A stretch of 64,000 bases of DNA. It comes from a virus. The stretch lies in IMG/VR virus record IMGVR_UViG_3300035670_000065, positions 1-64,000 of that record. One strand, given 5' to 3'. Position numbers and translations under genes: made by a program. Each line of letters opens with the position of its first letter. Position 1 is the stretch's first letter. Below the pieces are notes generated by a model. That model searched no databases. It was not told the origin of the DNA and saw only the letters and a program-made list of their open reading frames with translations. This document shows, one piece after another, positions 46,857 to 58,200 of this stretch.

Positions 46857-49800
46857 TTATAAAATCCTATTTGCTTGGAATACATAGGCATATGTAGTTA
46901 ATGGAGCTGAGGCAGATAGCTGCACTTTAGGGGCTGCTGATGCAGTTCTAAATACTCTACAATAAACTGCAGTTGCCGTACCACCGTCACCTGCCTTCAT
47001 TAGAGGTATTTCAGTAAACTCGTCATTAAGAGTTGCTGCTCCATTACCAGAGAACCATGGGAGCACCCCATAGTAGAATTCATTAGTACCGGCCTGAATA
47101 CGAATATTATAAGAGCCAGATACAAAAGTAGTTCCTGAGATACCTGTGTCAGTCCATGAACCATTAGTTAGTACAATACTTGCAGTAGTATACCCATATC
47201 GTCCATCCGATATACTTGTATCATACGATGCACCTAGGGCTAATTTAATACCATTAGGAAAGTATACTATACTACTATCACCATTACGAGTACAGATATG
47301 TACCCATGATGATGGTATATCCAATGCTGAAGTATAGGTTACTACTCTAAAGTTAGCTGCTAAAGAAGTTGATGCTCCACCTATTGGTAGGATGTAGTAT
47401 AAAGAGGTCCAGGTGGCTAAAGGAATGCCTGCTGCGGTAGCTGTTACATTAGCTGCTCCCCCGGCCCCTGTAATGGTCCCCGTAGTGGGGCAATATATGT
47501 CAAAGTATCCAGTTGTACCATACTTGGCACCATTACCGTTATTAATAGAAATAAATCTAGCAGACCAGAGCACGTCACCTGCAGCACTTACAGTTATTGT
47601 GCCCCCACCGTTAATAGTTGCATTAGCTCTTAAATCTGCTAACCCTAGGGAAGCTTTGAAGCCTTGGGCAGTGTTTTTTCGTATAAATACATCTGTAGAA
47701 CTATAGAATATAGTATCAGTAGTAGCTTCTATTGCAGAATGGGAAGCACTTAAGTAAGCTGCTTGTACAAACTCTGCGGCAGATACTCGACCTGGTACTA
47801 CTAAGGATCCCGTTGTGTTACTTAAAGGCAGGCCTGATGAAGTTCCCGAAGCTGAAGGAGTTGTTTGAGTATAGCTATTTGTTGTGCTAGTGTAAAAATT
47901 GGCCTGGGCTCCGGTAGCCCCTACATATATTCTATAAGAAGTAGCTCCAGGTACTGCAGTCCAAGTCCAAGTAATAGAAGCTGTACTCCCTGTAGTTACT
48001 ACACCAGCAGATTCGACACCAGGTAAAGTAGATAGTCCATTGATATCAATCGCTACGATTCTGGCATACGTAGTAGTCGCCGCCATTGATCCGCCTGATG
48101 CGGATGGAGTTCCTGAAGGAGTTCCTGGGGTGGTTAGTGCAACTATTGTGACACCGTTGGTAATGGAAGTACCTGCTCCCAATAAAGAGGCTGACCCAGT
48201 AGTTCCAGATAGTGTAAATCTTGTAGTATTATTAGTTGATAAAGCTATTTGACCTGCTTGCTCTGTAGTAAGCACTAGGGTTCCAGTACCTTTATGGCGT
48301 ATTCCGGAGCCTGCATTAGTTCCGCCATTATCTCTTATTATACGTAAACCATAATCCGTATAAGTTGTATCTCCTATTAGATCTATATAGGAATTACCAC
48401 TACCAGTTCTACCATTTCCTAACTCAATTCTACAAGATCCTGTAGATACAGTAGTATCTCCTACAAATAACTGTCCGGAGCTTACAGTAACGGTGCCTGC
48501 CGAGTCAATCCGCATACGTTCAGTTAATGTATTTGTCGCGCCAGCGGTGTAGAACCGCATATTTGACAGGTAGGCACCTTCTACATAACTACGAATGGAG
48601 CCTAGGTAGTTTGCTCCTATAGCAACCATGTCCACGGCGGCGTAATCACTAACATCACCACCCATAACATCAATGGTTATAGCCGCGTTATCCGCTCCAG
48701 CCACTCCATCTCTTACATGAAGCTTAGATAGAGGAGCGCTGGCACCTCCTAAAGACATTCTCTGTGTTGAAGTAATTCTCATCGCTTCAGTCGGACTACT
48801 CGCACCGTCAGCCGTGGTGCTGAATGCAAGATACGTCGGCATCTCCGTAGTGGTTGGAGTGCTTTCGCAGTAGGCAGTGATGTATGCGCCATCGCGCATG
48901 ATTGGGGTACCACCATCAACACCTGAGAATGTTAGTCGTCCAAGAATGTCTCCCGTCTGGACTGTGCCGCCCGTGTAAGTATCGACCGTCGTTGCGCGGT
49001 TGCGGGCAAGAAACAACATTGGGTTATTCGTTGCACTGTTGGCGAAGATGCCAATAGATGATGAAGATGCACTAGAACTGGCTGAGTTGACTTGCAGTTG
49101 AGGAATAAGACCAGCACCGCCACCTTGCGACGATCCCGGTACAGTTGCGCCCACTACAGTTCTTCCGTTCGCATCAATCACAAACGGCGTACTATCCGGC
49201 GAAGCACTATCCTCCACCACAAACGCATTACCTGTGCCGGTGTTCGTCACCGTCAGCGCAGCACTGGCACTGTTGCTCAATATCGTCGTCGCGCCTTTGA
49301 TCGCGTGGGTGTCGGTGGCTTCAGCGTCACCTATAGTTGCATTTCCAGTTATTACTACATCATTAAATACATTACTACCAGATACTGAACCTAGAGATAC
49401 AGTCCATAAGGCATAGGTACCGGAACCTGCTATAATAGTTACATCTATAGTTAAGGATCCAGTACCACTATTATAAGCGGTTACTACGCCTGCCATCCTA
49501 GTGGAAGGTACTGTAGTATATGCAATAACTAGGTCCATACCTACTACTATTGCTTTACCTGTTTGAATAGTTAATGTTTTAGAACCTGTCCCTATAGTTA
49601 AACTAGTAGTACTAGTAGCATTAGTACCGGGGGCATTTAAAGCCGTTAGTGCAGAGGCTGCAGCATTAGTGGCGTGTGTACCTGCTGTAGTAGCTGAATT
49701 AGCTGCCGCAGTAGCGGAGTTAGAAGCATTAGTAGCGTGAGTAGAAGCAGTACTAGCCCAGTTAGAAGCTGTAGTTGCTGAGTTAGCTGCATTAGTAGCA

Positions 49801-50579
49801 TGAGTAGAAGCAGTACTAGCCCAATTAGAAGCTGTAGTTGCTGAGTTAGCTGCATTAGTTGCTTGGGTAGTAGCAGTACTAGCTTGATTTGTAGCTGTAG
49901 TAGCTGAATTAGCTGCATTAGTTGCTTGAGTGGATGCTGTCGTGGCTGAATTAGCTGCCGCAGTAGCGGAGTTAGAAGCATTAGTAGCGTGAGTAGAAGC
50001 AGTACTAGCCCAATTAGCTGCAGTAGTAGCTGAGTTAGCTGCATTAGTAGCGTGAGTAGAAGCAGTACTAGCCCAGTTAGAAGCTGTAGTTGCTGAGTTA
50101 GCTGCATTAGTTGCTTGGGTAGTAGCAGTACTAGCTTGATTTGTAGCTGTAGTAGCTGAGTTAGATGCCGCAGTAGCTGAATTAGAAGCATTAGTAGCAT
50201 GAGTAGAAGCAGTACTAGCCCAATTAGCTGCAGTAGTAGCCGAGTTGCTAGCACTGGTGGCATAGTTGGAAGCTGTTGTAGCCCAATTAGAAGCTGTTGT
50301 AACAGATGCTGCTGCAGAAGTTGCTGCAGAAGTAGACTGTACAGCTACCCATGCTGACCCGTTCCAAACTCTCATTTCTGGAGTTACAGTATTCCAATAA
50401 ATAGCTCCCGTAACTAAAGCAGCTCCTTCATTATCTAAAGTAGGGTTTGCCGCTTTACTACCTAAATATTTTTTATTAAAGTCTGTTAACCCAGTACTAA
50501 CTCCAGTAATTTCTGAAGTAGTGGCTAAGGTATTAAGTACATCTATGTAGTCCAGTTGTCCAGGATAAAAAGTGCTCAT
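46857..50579 (-). CDS. Long tail fibre protein
   Basis: 1240 aa; YLGSKAANPTLDNEG..GAIYWNT anchor, Ala/Thr/Ser heptad shaft, ERMRIDSAG-type fibre repeats. Confidence 0.85.
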   Translation of the reverse strand: MSTFYPGQLDYIDVLNTLATTSEITGVSTGLTDFNKKYLGSKAANPTLDNEGAALVTGAIYWNTVTPEMRVWNGSAWVAVQSTSAATSAAASVTTASNWATTASNYATSASNSATTAANWASTASTHATNASNSATAASNSATTATNQASTATTQATNAANSATTASNWASTASTHATNAANSATTAANWASTASTHATNASNSATAAANSATTASTQATNAANSATTATNQASTATTQATNAANSATTASNWASTASTHATNAANSATTASNWASTASTHATNASNSATAAANSATTAGTHATNAAASALTALNAPGTNATSTTSLTIGTGSKTLTIQTGKAIVVGMDLVIAYTTVPSTRMAGVVTAYNSGTGSLTIDVTIIAGSGTYALWTVSLGSVSGSNVFNDVVITGNATIGDAEATDTHAIKGATTILSNSASAALTVTNTGTGNAFVVEDSASPDSTPFVIDANGRTVVGATVPGSSQGGGAGLIPQLQVNSASSSASSSSIGIFANSATNNPMLFLARNRATTVDTYTGGTVQTGDILGRLTFSGVDGGTPIMRDGAYITAYCESTPTTTEMPTYLAFSTTADGASSPTEAMRITSTQRMSLGGASAPLSKLHVRDGVAGADNAAITIDVMGGDVSDYAAVDMVAIGANYLGSIRSYVEGAYLSNMRFYTAGATNTLTERMRIDSAGTVTVSSGQLFVGDTTVSTGSCRIELGNGRTGSGNSYIDLIGDTTYTDYGLRIIRDNGGTNAGSGIRHKGTGTLVLTTEQAGQIALSTNNTTRFTLSGTTGSASLLGAGTSITNGVTIVALTTPGTPSGTPSASGGSMAATTTYARIVAIDINGLSTLPGVESAGVVTTGSTASITWTWTAVPGATSYRIYVGATGAQANFYTSTTNSYTQTTPSASGTSSGLPLSNTTGSLVVPGRVSAAEFVQAAYLSASHSAIEATTDTIFYSSTDVFIRKNTAQGFKASLGLADLRANATINGGGTITVSAAGDVLWSARFISINNGNGAKYGTTGYFDIYCPTTGTITGAGGAANVTATAAGIPLATWTSLYYILPIGGASTSLAANFRVVTYTSALDIPSSWVHICTRNGDSSIVYFPNGIKLALGASYDTSISDGRYGYTTASIVLTNGSWTDTGISGTTFVSGSYNIRIQAGTNEFYYGVLPWFSGNGAATLNDEFTEIPLMKAGDGGTATAVYCRVFRTASAAPKVQLSASAPLTTYAYVFQANRIL
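49650..50300 (-). repeat. Tandem 21-nt (7-aa) repeat array in the fibre shaft
   Basis: About 30 heptads (ATTASNW, ASTASTH, ATNAANS, ATTATNQ) with near-identical higher-order DNA blocks. Confidence 0.9.
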
Positions 50580-50582
50580 CTT

Positions 50583-51503
50583 TTAAATCTCCTCAATATC
50601 TATCGTGGAACTATACATTTCGTATATAGGATGAGTTACTCCCGGCAACTGAGATAGCTTTCCATATATTTGGTGGGTTTGTTCCTTGGCCCAATCTGTG
50701 CTATTATCAGGAAATAGACTAATAAATAAAGGTTTAGACAACCCATTACCTTTTAATATTCTCATCATCTCTAACCTATCTGACGCATCTAGCCACTGTA
50801 GGTCGAAAGATAAACTATTATAACTAGTATTTCGGACGGTTACTAAATTACCAGACTCACTTCTAACGTGGGAGCTTAGATCTTTGATAGTATTAGATAG
50901 ACCGAAACTTGTATTAAATTTAGGTGACCAATGTCTGCCTATAATCAATCGGGAAGCTTCTATGTACTGTGCGGAGTTACTTGTATCTTCTATTTCAATT
51001 GATAGAGATGTAACTGCTAGTCCTACAGCTGTAGAGGGTAGCCAAACTCTAGCATACGTTCCACCTCCATAAGAATAACTATTGACCCCTAGTGGTACAG
51101 AACCCCAGTTCCATAAACCTAACTGCTGGTAAGGACAGGCATTTATAGCACCTGTATCAAAGACTGTGGTAGCGCCTGTAGTACTAATTGTAGGTACAGC
51201 CGTTGTTCCAGTATGTGTTGGCGTTGTTCCTGTGTATCCTCGAACTCTAATAGTAGCTACTGAAGATAGATTACAGAAGGGTATAATTATACCAGTTAGG
51301 GTCTGAGAAGGGAAACTCACTATTAAGTTCGCCTTCGCAGTGTCAGTAGTGCCAGTAGTTAGAGATCTCCACACCAGCGATTTAGCATCTAGCTTAAGAT
51401 TAGTTACTACTACCTGGGCCGATGCCGTGCTAGATGGTGTCATAGTGGTAGTGCTAGCATCTACCAGATTTTCGTATATAATTCTTAAGTTATTAGATGC
51501 CAT
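50583..51503 (-). CDS. Distal tail (Dit-like) protein
   Basis: YIEASRLIIGRHWSPKFN..FG...RSESG...LSFDL; position in the tail-tip cluster. Confidence 0.6.
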   Translation of the reverse strand: MASNNLRIIYENLVDASTTTMTPSSTASAQVVVTNLKLDAKSLVWRSLTTGTTDTAKANLIVSFPSQTLTGIIIPFCNLSSVATIRVRGYTGTTPTHTGTTAVPTISTTGATTVFDTGAINACPYQQLGLWNWGSVPLGVNSYSYGGGTYARVWLPSTAVGLAVTSLSIEIEDTSNSAQYIEASRLIIGRHWSPKFNTSFGLSNTIKDLSSHVRSESGNLVTVRNTSYNSLSFDLQWLDASDRLEMMRILKGNGLSKPLFISLFPDNSTDWAKEQTHQIYGKLSQLPGVTHPIYEMYSSTIDIEEI

Positions 51504-51512
51504 TTTTACTCC

Positions 51513-51836
51513 TTATTGTTGAGCTCTAAGCGCATCTCGTGCTGTGGCCGCTTGCATATACAGACTATATAAAATTACGTATAGTTCTGTATGTGTACAG
51601 GTTGTACCTAAAGGTGCTCCTGTTTCTGGATTGAGTAGGTCAATTGATCCATTTTCTGCATCAAAATCTAGTATGCAGGAATCGTTGCCTAATCTAGCTA
51701 GATTGCTATCAATTAGGGTCACTATTTCCTCTTCGAAAATAGCTACAGGCAATCTACCGTAGTTATTCTTTATAGTTACTGTCTTACATCTTTGCCACTT
51801 AGTACCAGATACTGCAGATTCGTTATAATTTGCCAT
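51513..51836 (-). CDS. Tail fibre-associated small protein
   Basis: 107 aa, NYNESAVSGTKWQRC...LYSLY...ARD; follows a fibre gene. Confidence 0.55.
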   Translation of the reverse strand: MANYNESAVSGTKWQRCKTVTIKNNYGRLPVAIFEEEIVTLIDSNLARLGNDSCILDFDAENGSIDLLNPETGAPLGTTCTHTELYVILYSLYMQAATARDALRAQQ

Positions 51837-51839
51837 AAT

Positions 51840-53702
51840 TTAACCACATAAATAAATACAACCTATCATCTTAACTTCAGTGGGAGAACTAAATACTAAG
51901 TTCTCTCGTGCTTTTGCCACTGTGTATCCTCGAACAATATCATCAGACTGTTTCATACCTTTTCCAGGTATTGAGGATGCAGTAATTAAATCACCTATTT
52001 CAATATTACCGTTTTCCCCACATACATTAACCTGTCCTTCTCCCAAAGCATTTATAGCCACTAAGCTATAGTTATTTTTAATAGTATCATATTCCGGAAT
52101 GGGGGTAGGTGCATCTGTGTAGTCTGACTTTATGATGTTAGTAAATACAGCAGGAGTGTACCCAGTAGCTAGTAACTTAGGTATGCTAGCAATAACTCCT
52201 ACGGTACCTTTCTGATTTGGGGATGTAGTTAGTGTTACGCGACATATAATATTTGAAACACCTTTTTTATACACTACTTCAGAGTCTACTACAATATCCC
52301 CTGTTTCTACAATATCAGATAATGCTAGTAGGGCATCGTGCGCTCCAGTAAATGGTCCATAGTTAGTACCACCACCCTCAGCATAAAAATCAAAACCATT
52401 AGCAGCACCTATTAGACCACCTGTAGACGTTCCACCGTACCTCGTACCTCTAATAGCATGTGCGCTTGCCCCTGCATTATTGGAGGTACCTAATATAGCT
52501 ACATCATTTCCATTATTATCCCCTTTGATGCCAATGGCTCCCGAGGAGTACCCATACACACCAAAAGAGCTGCCTGTGCCATATACACCGTAAGATCCTC
52601 CTGCCCCATAGAGCCCATAGGAGGAGGCGTAGCCGTAGACCCCATAAGTACCTGTAGCTACGTTAGCATAGCTACCGGATGAACCAGTAAAATTACCTGC
52701 AGTACTACTAGTATTATATCCAATTACTGGAGCTACTGAACCACTCCAGCCTAGCGCAGCGTATGCTCCAGCAAAGGAGAGACTTTCTACATACATTCCT
52801 TTTACGGTTGCCTGTAGATTAGTACCATCCCAACGTAGATAGTTAGTAGAACTTCCTATAGAGAACTTGTACGCTCCGCCACTATACCCTAGATAGTATC
52901 CCGTTCCAGTAGCATAATCTGTCTGGCCCCCCTTCATGTGTCCAGAAGTACCTACAGTTAGAGCACCTGAAACATTTAAAGCTCCAGTATCTACAGTAAG
53001 AGCGCTTAAAGCACCTACCTTAAAAGTTGCTAGGTAAGAGGGGCTTACCCAAGTATATGATCCGGAAAGTACAGTTCCATCAGCTATGAATAGCCATTCA
53101 CTGCTGGATAGGGCTCCTGAAGGTGGTAAAGTATACCAAGTTGTATACCCTGTAGCATTTCCTGCTGTAGGAGCACCTATAGGTACTGCTGGTGCGGCGG
53201 GTAAAGAACCACCACTTTGTATTTTGTAAGCTTTTACGGCTGTTGCACCTGTAGCTCCAGCGGTCCCTGTAGGGCCTGTGGGCCCTTGAACTCCTGTAGG
53301 ACCAGTATTACCAGTCTCGCTGTAAGGTACAAACATAGTACCGAATGAACTGAGTATACCTGTCTGTGCCGCAGTAGCTTTATAGTGAACTACAGCACCA
53401 CTACCCTTCTGAGTAAGATAAGTAGCCGAAGATATAACTGCGGTTGCTACAGCGGTCCCAGTGCTAGTAGATATCTGAGTATACGTTCCCTCGGACCCAG
53501 TAGGGCTATAGTAAAACGTAATCAGTGGTGAAGTCATACCAGTGACTGTAGCCGTAAGTGTAATGTTAGCTGGAGTATATCCACCACCATCAGCTAGCTT
53601 AGTCATAGTACCGGAACTAGATGTTAAGGCTACAGCGCTACTTGCTAACCTGTTAGCCGCTGCGTGCAACTTTAGGTCTCTATCGTTAACAATGGTTGCC
53701 AT
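51840..53702 (-). CDS. Central tail fibre/spike with collagen repeats and a C-terminal intramolecular chaperone-like domain
   Basis: GPTGVQGPTGPTG; G(V)YG repeats; FTGAHD...GEGQVNVCGENGNIEIGDLIT..PGKGMKQ. Confidence 0.7.
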   Translation of the reverse strand: MATIVNDRDLKLHAAANRLASSAVALTSSSGTMTKLADGGGYTPANITLTATVTGMTSPLITFYYSPTGSEGTYTQISTSTGTAVATAVISSATYLTQKGSGAVVHYKATAAQTGILSSFGTMFVPYSETGNTGPTGVQGPTGPTGTAGATGATAVKAYKIQSGGSLPAAPAVPIGAPTAGNATGYTTWYTLPPSGALSSSEWLFIADGTVLSGSYTWVSPSYLATFKVGALSALTVDTGALNVSGALTVGTSGHMKGGQTDYATGTGYYLGYSGGAYKFSIGSSTNYLRWDGTNLQATVKGMYVESLSFAGAYAALGWSGSVAPVIGYNTSSTAGNFTGSSGSYANVATGTYGVYGYASSYGLYGAGGSYGVYGTGSSFGVYGYSSGAIGIKGDNNGNDVAILGTSNNAGASAHAIRGTRYGGTSTGGLIGAANGFDFYAEGGGTNYGPFTGAHDALLALSDIVETGDIVVDSEVVYKKGVSNIICRVTLTTSPNQKGTVGVIASIPKLLATGYTPAVFTNIIKSDYTDAPTPIPEYDTIKNNYSLVAINALGEGQVNVCGENGNIEIGDLITASSIPGKGMKQSDDIVRGYTVAKARENLVFSSPTEVKMIGCIYLCG

Positions 53703-55279
53703 TATACAAGTACCTCTACGTCTATTGTGCTATCTAACCAACTAGGTGCTAAACTAATAACTTGCCCTGTAAGTCCATTGGTAAGTCCGAATCTAGGATA
53801 CTTCAAGCTAACTTGTTGACCTAATTTTAAGCCTAGTAACTTAGAAGTACCAGTTAGGGAGTATACGTTGTGCTGCTGCCTATAGTACGTCATTATTCTA
53901 TCAGCTTCTGCAGTAGCATCCGTACCTTTTACTAGCAAAGTATTCTTTTGCTCAGGGTCTATATTTAAGCCATATAGTGCTTTTACGCCTGTGCCATCCG
54001 TTGCAGTTTTTGTTAAGTATTCTGTTGCGTAATCTGTTTTGTGATCCTCAGGAATTGCTGTTAGTAGATCACTTTGCACTGTCCAGTTCTTACAGTACCC
54101 AATTGTGCATGTGGCACGAACTGGTACACGTTGGGATAAGTTAAAGGATCCTTGAATTATATCATTATCAGTTATTTCTGTAATATCTGAATTGACAAAC
54201 GGTACACCATACTTAAGAAGCTGTAACTTACCTTCCTTAGACATTACCAATTGCGCGCCTACGCTGGCCGCTAGTTCTGAACAGATTGAAAAGACTGATT
54301 CTGACCCAGTAACTTGAACGCCGGTTGGTTGAGTATTAGCCGTTGAAAATGCTAAAAGGTTTGGCAGATCTAAATCTGAGGCTGTAAACCTTTGGTAAGA
54401 GTTGCCGTACTCTTTAACTAATAACGCAATTATTTGTGCAATATTATTAGAGTATGTACTATCCGTAGCACCAGTAGTTAAGTTAATTGACTTCTGTACT
54501 CCTTGAACCGACATTGTAATAGTGCCTGCTGGAGTATATGCCAACTTAAACTTACCACTAGGGGCTGTATAAGTAATACCTGATAGTAGGTCTCCGGGCC
54601 CGTCTTTATCTGTATAAAGTGGAACTCCATTATCTCTAACTTCTATAATACGTTCTGAGTTATCTCTACAGAACATATACTCTAGCTGAGCTGGATCTAC
54701 GTATAGAGGTTCTATATTATGAACTTCTCCAAATACTAAAGGTTTAATAGTATCTTGATTAGTTTGTCCGTCTGCCCAGGTTCCATAAGTACCTAACTTA
54801 TCTTCAGTTATAGGGGAATTTAGTTTCTGTAGTTTATCAATAAAACGAATATTTAATAAGCTACGTTTCTTTGAGTCTATATCAGCAATAATACCGCTAA
54901 ATATTAGTTTGAACTTTGTTTTAAAATCTGCTAAATCTGTGGAGACCCAGAAAGGGTCTCCCAAATATATATTAATGGATTTATTAACCCATAGGTACTT
55001 TGTATTATCTAACCAATCATCCAATTCTCCATTAGGGTTTAGGATCTCTACATCTCCATAGGACAGCGACGAATCGCTGTCCGATATGGATTCTGAAAAC
55101 TTAATCCTATTTCCTAGAACTGGATTAAAACTAACTAGAGAGTCTTCCGTTAGGTAACCAGTGGATGAAAGATACAACGTTTCGCTAGCCCATCCGCCAC
55201 TGTACTTTGAGATAACTACCTCAATAAATAAAGCTTTTATTGCTTTAGGGTCTTCCAACCACGATTGTGAATAAGACAT
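53702..55279 (-). CDS. Tail tip / baseplate hub protein
   Basis: 525 aa directly after the tape measure gene; KPLVFGEVHNIEP, GYCKNWTVQ, LGQQVSLKYPRFGL. Confidence 0.65.
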   Translation of the reverse strand: MSYSQSWLEDPKAIKALFIEVVISKYSGGWASETLYLSSTGYLTEDSLVSFNPVLGNRIKFSESISDSDSSLSYGDVEILNPNGELDDWLDNTKYLWVNKSINIYLGDPFWVSTDLADFKTKFKLIFSGIIADIDSKKRSLLNIRFIDKLQKLNSPITEDKLGTYGTWADGQTNQDTIKPLVFGEVHNIEPLYVDPAQLEYMFCRDNSERIIEVRDNGVPLYTDKDGPGDLLSGITYTAPSGKFKLAYTPAGTITMSVQGVQKSINLTTGATDSTYSNNIAQIIALLVKEYGNSYQRFTASDLDLPNLLAFSTANTQPTGVQVTGSESVFSICSELAASVGAQLVMSKEGKLQLLKYGVPFVNSDITEITDNDIIQGSFNLSQRVPVRATCTIGYCKNWTVQSDLLTAIPEDHKTDYATEYLTKTATDGTGVKALYGLNIDPEQKNTLLVKGTDATAEADRIMTYYRQQHNVYSLTGTSKLLGLKLGQQVSLKYPRFGLTNGLTGQVISLAPSWLDSTIDVEVLV

Positions 55280-58200
55280 TAAACCATCCTAACTTTTGAT
55301 CTATCGGCCCAAACTACCTCTGAAACTGCAGTATCTACAGCCTCTGCGACAGCCTCTGCCATTCTATTAGACGAATCATACGTTGAAGTTATTAGGCTTC
55401 CAGTATGCTTAATCTGCTCTTCTCTCATTCTCTTAACTTCTTCACGAAGATACTTAAGTTCCTGCAACAGTTCGGTATTGTTAGTAGATAACATTCCCAT
55501 AGTCTGTCCAGCTGGATAAACTCGTGCAGGTGTCGCGAAGTCGACCAACTCAGGACCCTCTTCACCCACTAGAGACATACCACTAGCTAGACCACCTCTG
55601 GCGTACTGTCTAAATACTTCACCATTCTGTGAGGCTGAATGGGCAAACACACCCTTAATATTAGATAGACCTACTGCTCCTGTCTGCAACTGGGTTAACC
55701 AATAATCATACCCGGCCTGTTCTGGTGCTCTACCTAGACCCTTATAGTATAGGTCGTTTACTATTTCTTTATAGGCTTCGTTGTTAAACGCCTTAGTAAT
55801 AGTAGTAGTATCTAAGGCACCTGAAGACAGCTGACCCATCCAGTAATCCATACCAGTGGATTCACCTTTACGCCCTAAGGTATCTTTATATAAGCCGCTA
55901 ACTAGATCGTTATAGATATTGGGCTGAGTGTATGATCCTCCTGCTGCTCCTGATCCAGCAGCTATTGCAGCTCCTAGGGTATTTTTAACAGCATCCATTG
56001 CAATACCTAATTGAGCTGTTAATTGTGCTGTTGTCTGAGTATTAGTAGCAATGATACCTAGAGCATCTAACTGCAGTTGCTCTACGTCTGCCTGTGCACT
56101 TAGAGAAATTGCCGTACTGTCTAGCATCTGTAGTACACTATTGAAGTCTTGTGTATACTGTGCTGAACTAGCAAATAGACCTCTTGAAGCTTCTAAGAAC
56201 TTATCACTAACTTCTGGTAGCTTGTCGATTGCTGCTTGTTGGGCAGTTTTCTCTGCTTCCGTTGATCCTCTTGTAAGGGCTGCAATTACTGTAGCTTCGT
56301 ACTGAGACTTAGCTTCGCCGTACTTTTGGGTCGGAGTTAGTGTAGAACTATCACTTAGCAGTAATGACTTCTTGTAGTCTCTTAGAGCTTTTACGTTATC
56401 TCTTAGAACTTTAACTGATTCAGTGTAGGTATCGTTTAGCTTTTCTTGAATCTCTTTCGCATCTTCTAAAGCGTATATATACTCTAGGATAGGTTTGAAC
56501 TGTTCGCTGGTTCCTGACAGTTCTTGCTCTCTGGAAATAGCGTTAGCCTGACTCTCTCTGCCTGTTAAGTTATATATGCGTTGCTCTAGGGTCAACTTCT
56601 GATTGTTTAGTGCGAGCTGTTGTTGAGCTACCAGAGCTTTTCTGAACGTACCTATTAGCTTCTCTGTTTCTGAAGTTAGTTGGCCGATATCCTCAAAGAA
56701 CTTGGTAAACGCGGCGGTCTGCTTATCTATATCTACTAAAGCTTTCTGAGCTGCGGTACTAGTTATCTCAAATATTCTATCAGTAATCTCTGTAACTTTA
56801 TTATCAGCTGCGCGCTTATTTTGAGCTTTGTATAGAGCTAGTTGAGCAGCCGCATAAGTTGAAGTTGAAGAGGTAACTTGTTCTAGCGTTGCTCCTACTT
56901 CTAGTAACTTCGCTGTGTAGTCCTCTACCTTATCATTAACTTCGGCTTGTTGTCTCTCCCAAGTTGATAGTCCTAGACGGGCTAACTCTCTCTCAGCTTT
57001 CTTTGTATCTTCAGCCAGCTGCTTTAGTATGTCGGCCAGTTTCTTGGCTGAATCTTCTGCGTCTTTTTTGGAGTCTTTTTCTGCGTCCTTACGTAGCTGA
57101 ATATCTCGTACGCCAAAATCTGGCATATCTATATTAAATCCACTACTTAAGCTTGCTATAAGATTTTTCCACTCAGGGCTACTTAATAAGGTTTTAAATA
57201 CCGTAGATAGCTTAGTAATTTGCTCTTGTGCAGTTGTAATCATACCTGCCACCGATATATTGGAAGCCAGTTTTACAACGCCCTCACCAATTACTACATT
57301 CTTCATTAGAGGAGTTACAACGGTATTCATAATGATGGAACCTACTTGACTAGCAAAAGTATTGGCTAATCCAATACTTAAACTATCTGCTAGATAAGTG
57401 CCTAATTCCTTACCTACATTTTTTCCATCCTTAAAGGAATCCATTATGTTATCTTGCATTCCACTTATTGAGATTCCGAAAAGTTCGGCCTTCTTAGCGC
57501 CATCTTCTAGTTTCCACAGGCTTTCATATGCTGCAATATTCGCTGAACTTAAGTCTTCTGTCGCTAGTATGTTAGCTCTTGTGCTAGTAGTTAGAGCCTC
57601 CTGAGCCTGGAACTGATCTAACATTCCTCCAGATACTTCCTGTATCGCCACATTAGTGTCAAACAGTAATTGTGCTCTAGCCTCTTCAGCGGATGCTACT
57701 GCCTCAAATGCGGGCATTACATCAAGTAGGGAGTTTAGTAGATCTATTCCGGCTTGTCCCGTTGTAGAAAGTGACTCAGATACCGTAGTAAATGCGCTCT
57801 TAAATTCTGCTTTAGTTTTAGGTACTTGTAATCCAAAGTCCTTTAATTGTTTACCAAGTCCAGGTATTGCGTCACCTAGAGCATTATCCTTACCACTAGC
57901 TGCTCTAGTATCTTGGAAGGTATTGAAGAGTCTGAATCTTACAGGGTCAAGTTTTTCAGTCTCAGTCAAGAAGTTGTCTGTATAGAACTCCATCTTTTCA
58001 GTGAAGGATTCTAACCCACCTGCTCCTTTAACTAGAGAATCTTGTAGCTTGATTACTTGATAAACAAAAGCTTCTGCGTCATTTGCACCGGTTCTAGTAG
58101 CGTCGGCGAGTTCTTTTTCAGCATCCGCTAATTCTTTAGCGGCACTCTGAACCTCCTTACTAGAGGACGTTAACATGTTATTTGCTAGTACTTCCTTATA

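Noticed and set aside
49646-50263. 205-aa Leu/Gln-rich alternative-frame ORF, or a CRISPR-like array
   Set aside because: Frame shadow of the heptad repeat in the fibre gene; the repeats are contiguous with no unique spacers
28580-55279. Diversity-generating retroelement or invertase shufflon acting on the fibre genes
   Set aside because: No reverse transcriptase, recombinase, template/variable repeat pair or inverted crossover sites seen in this window
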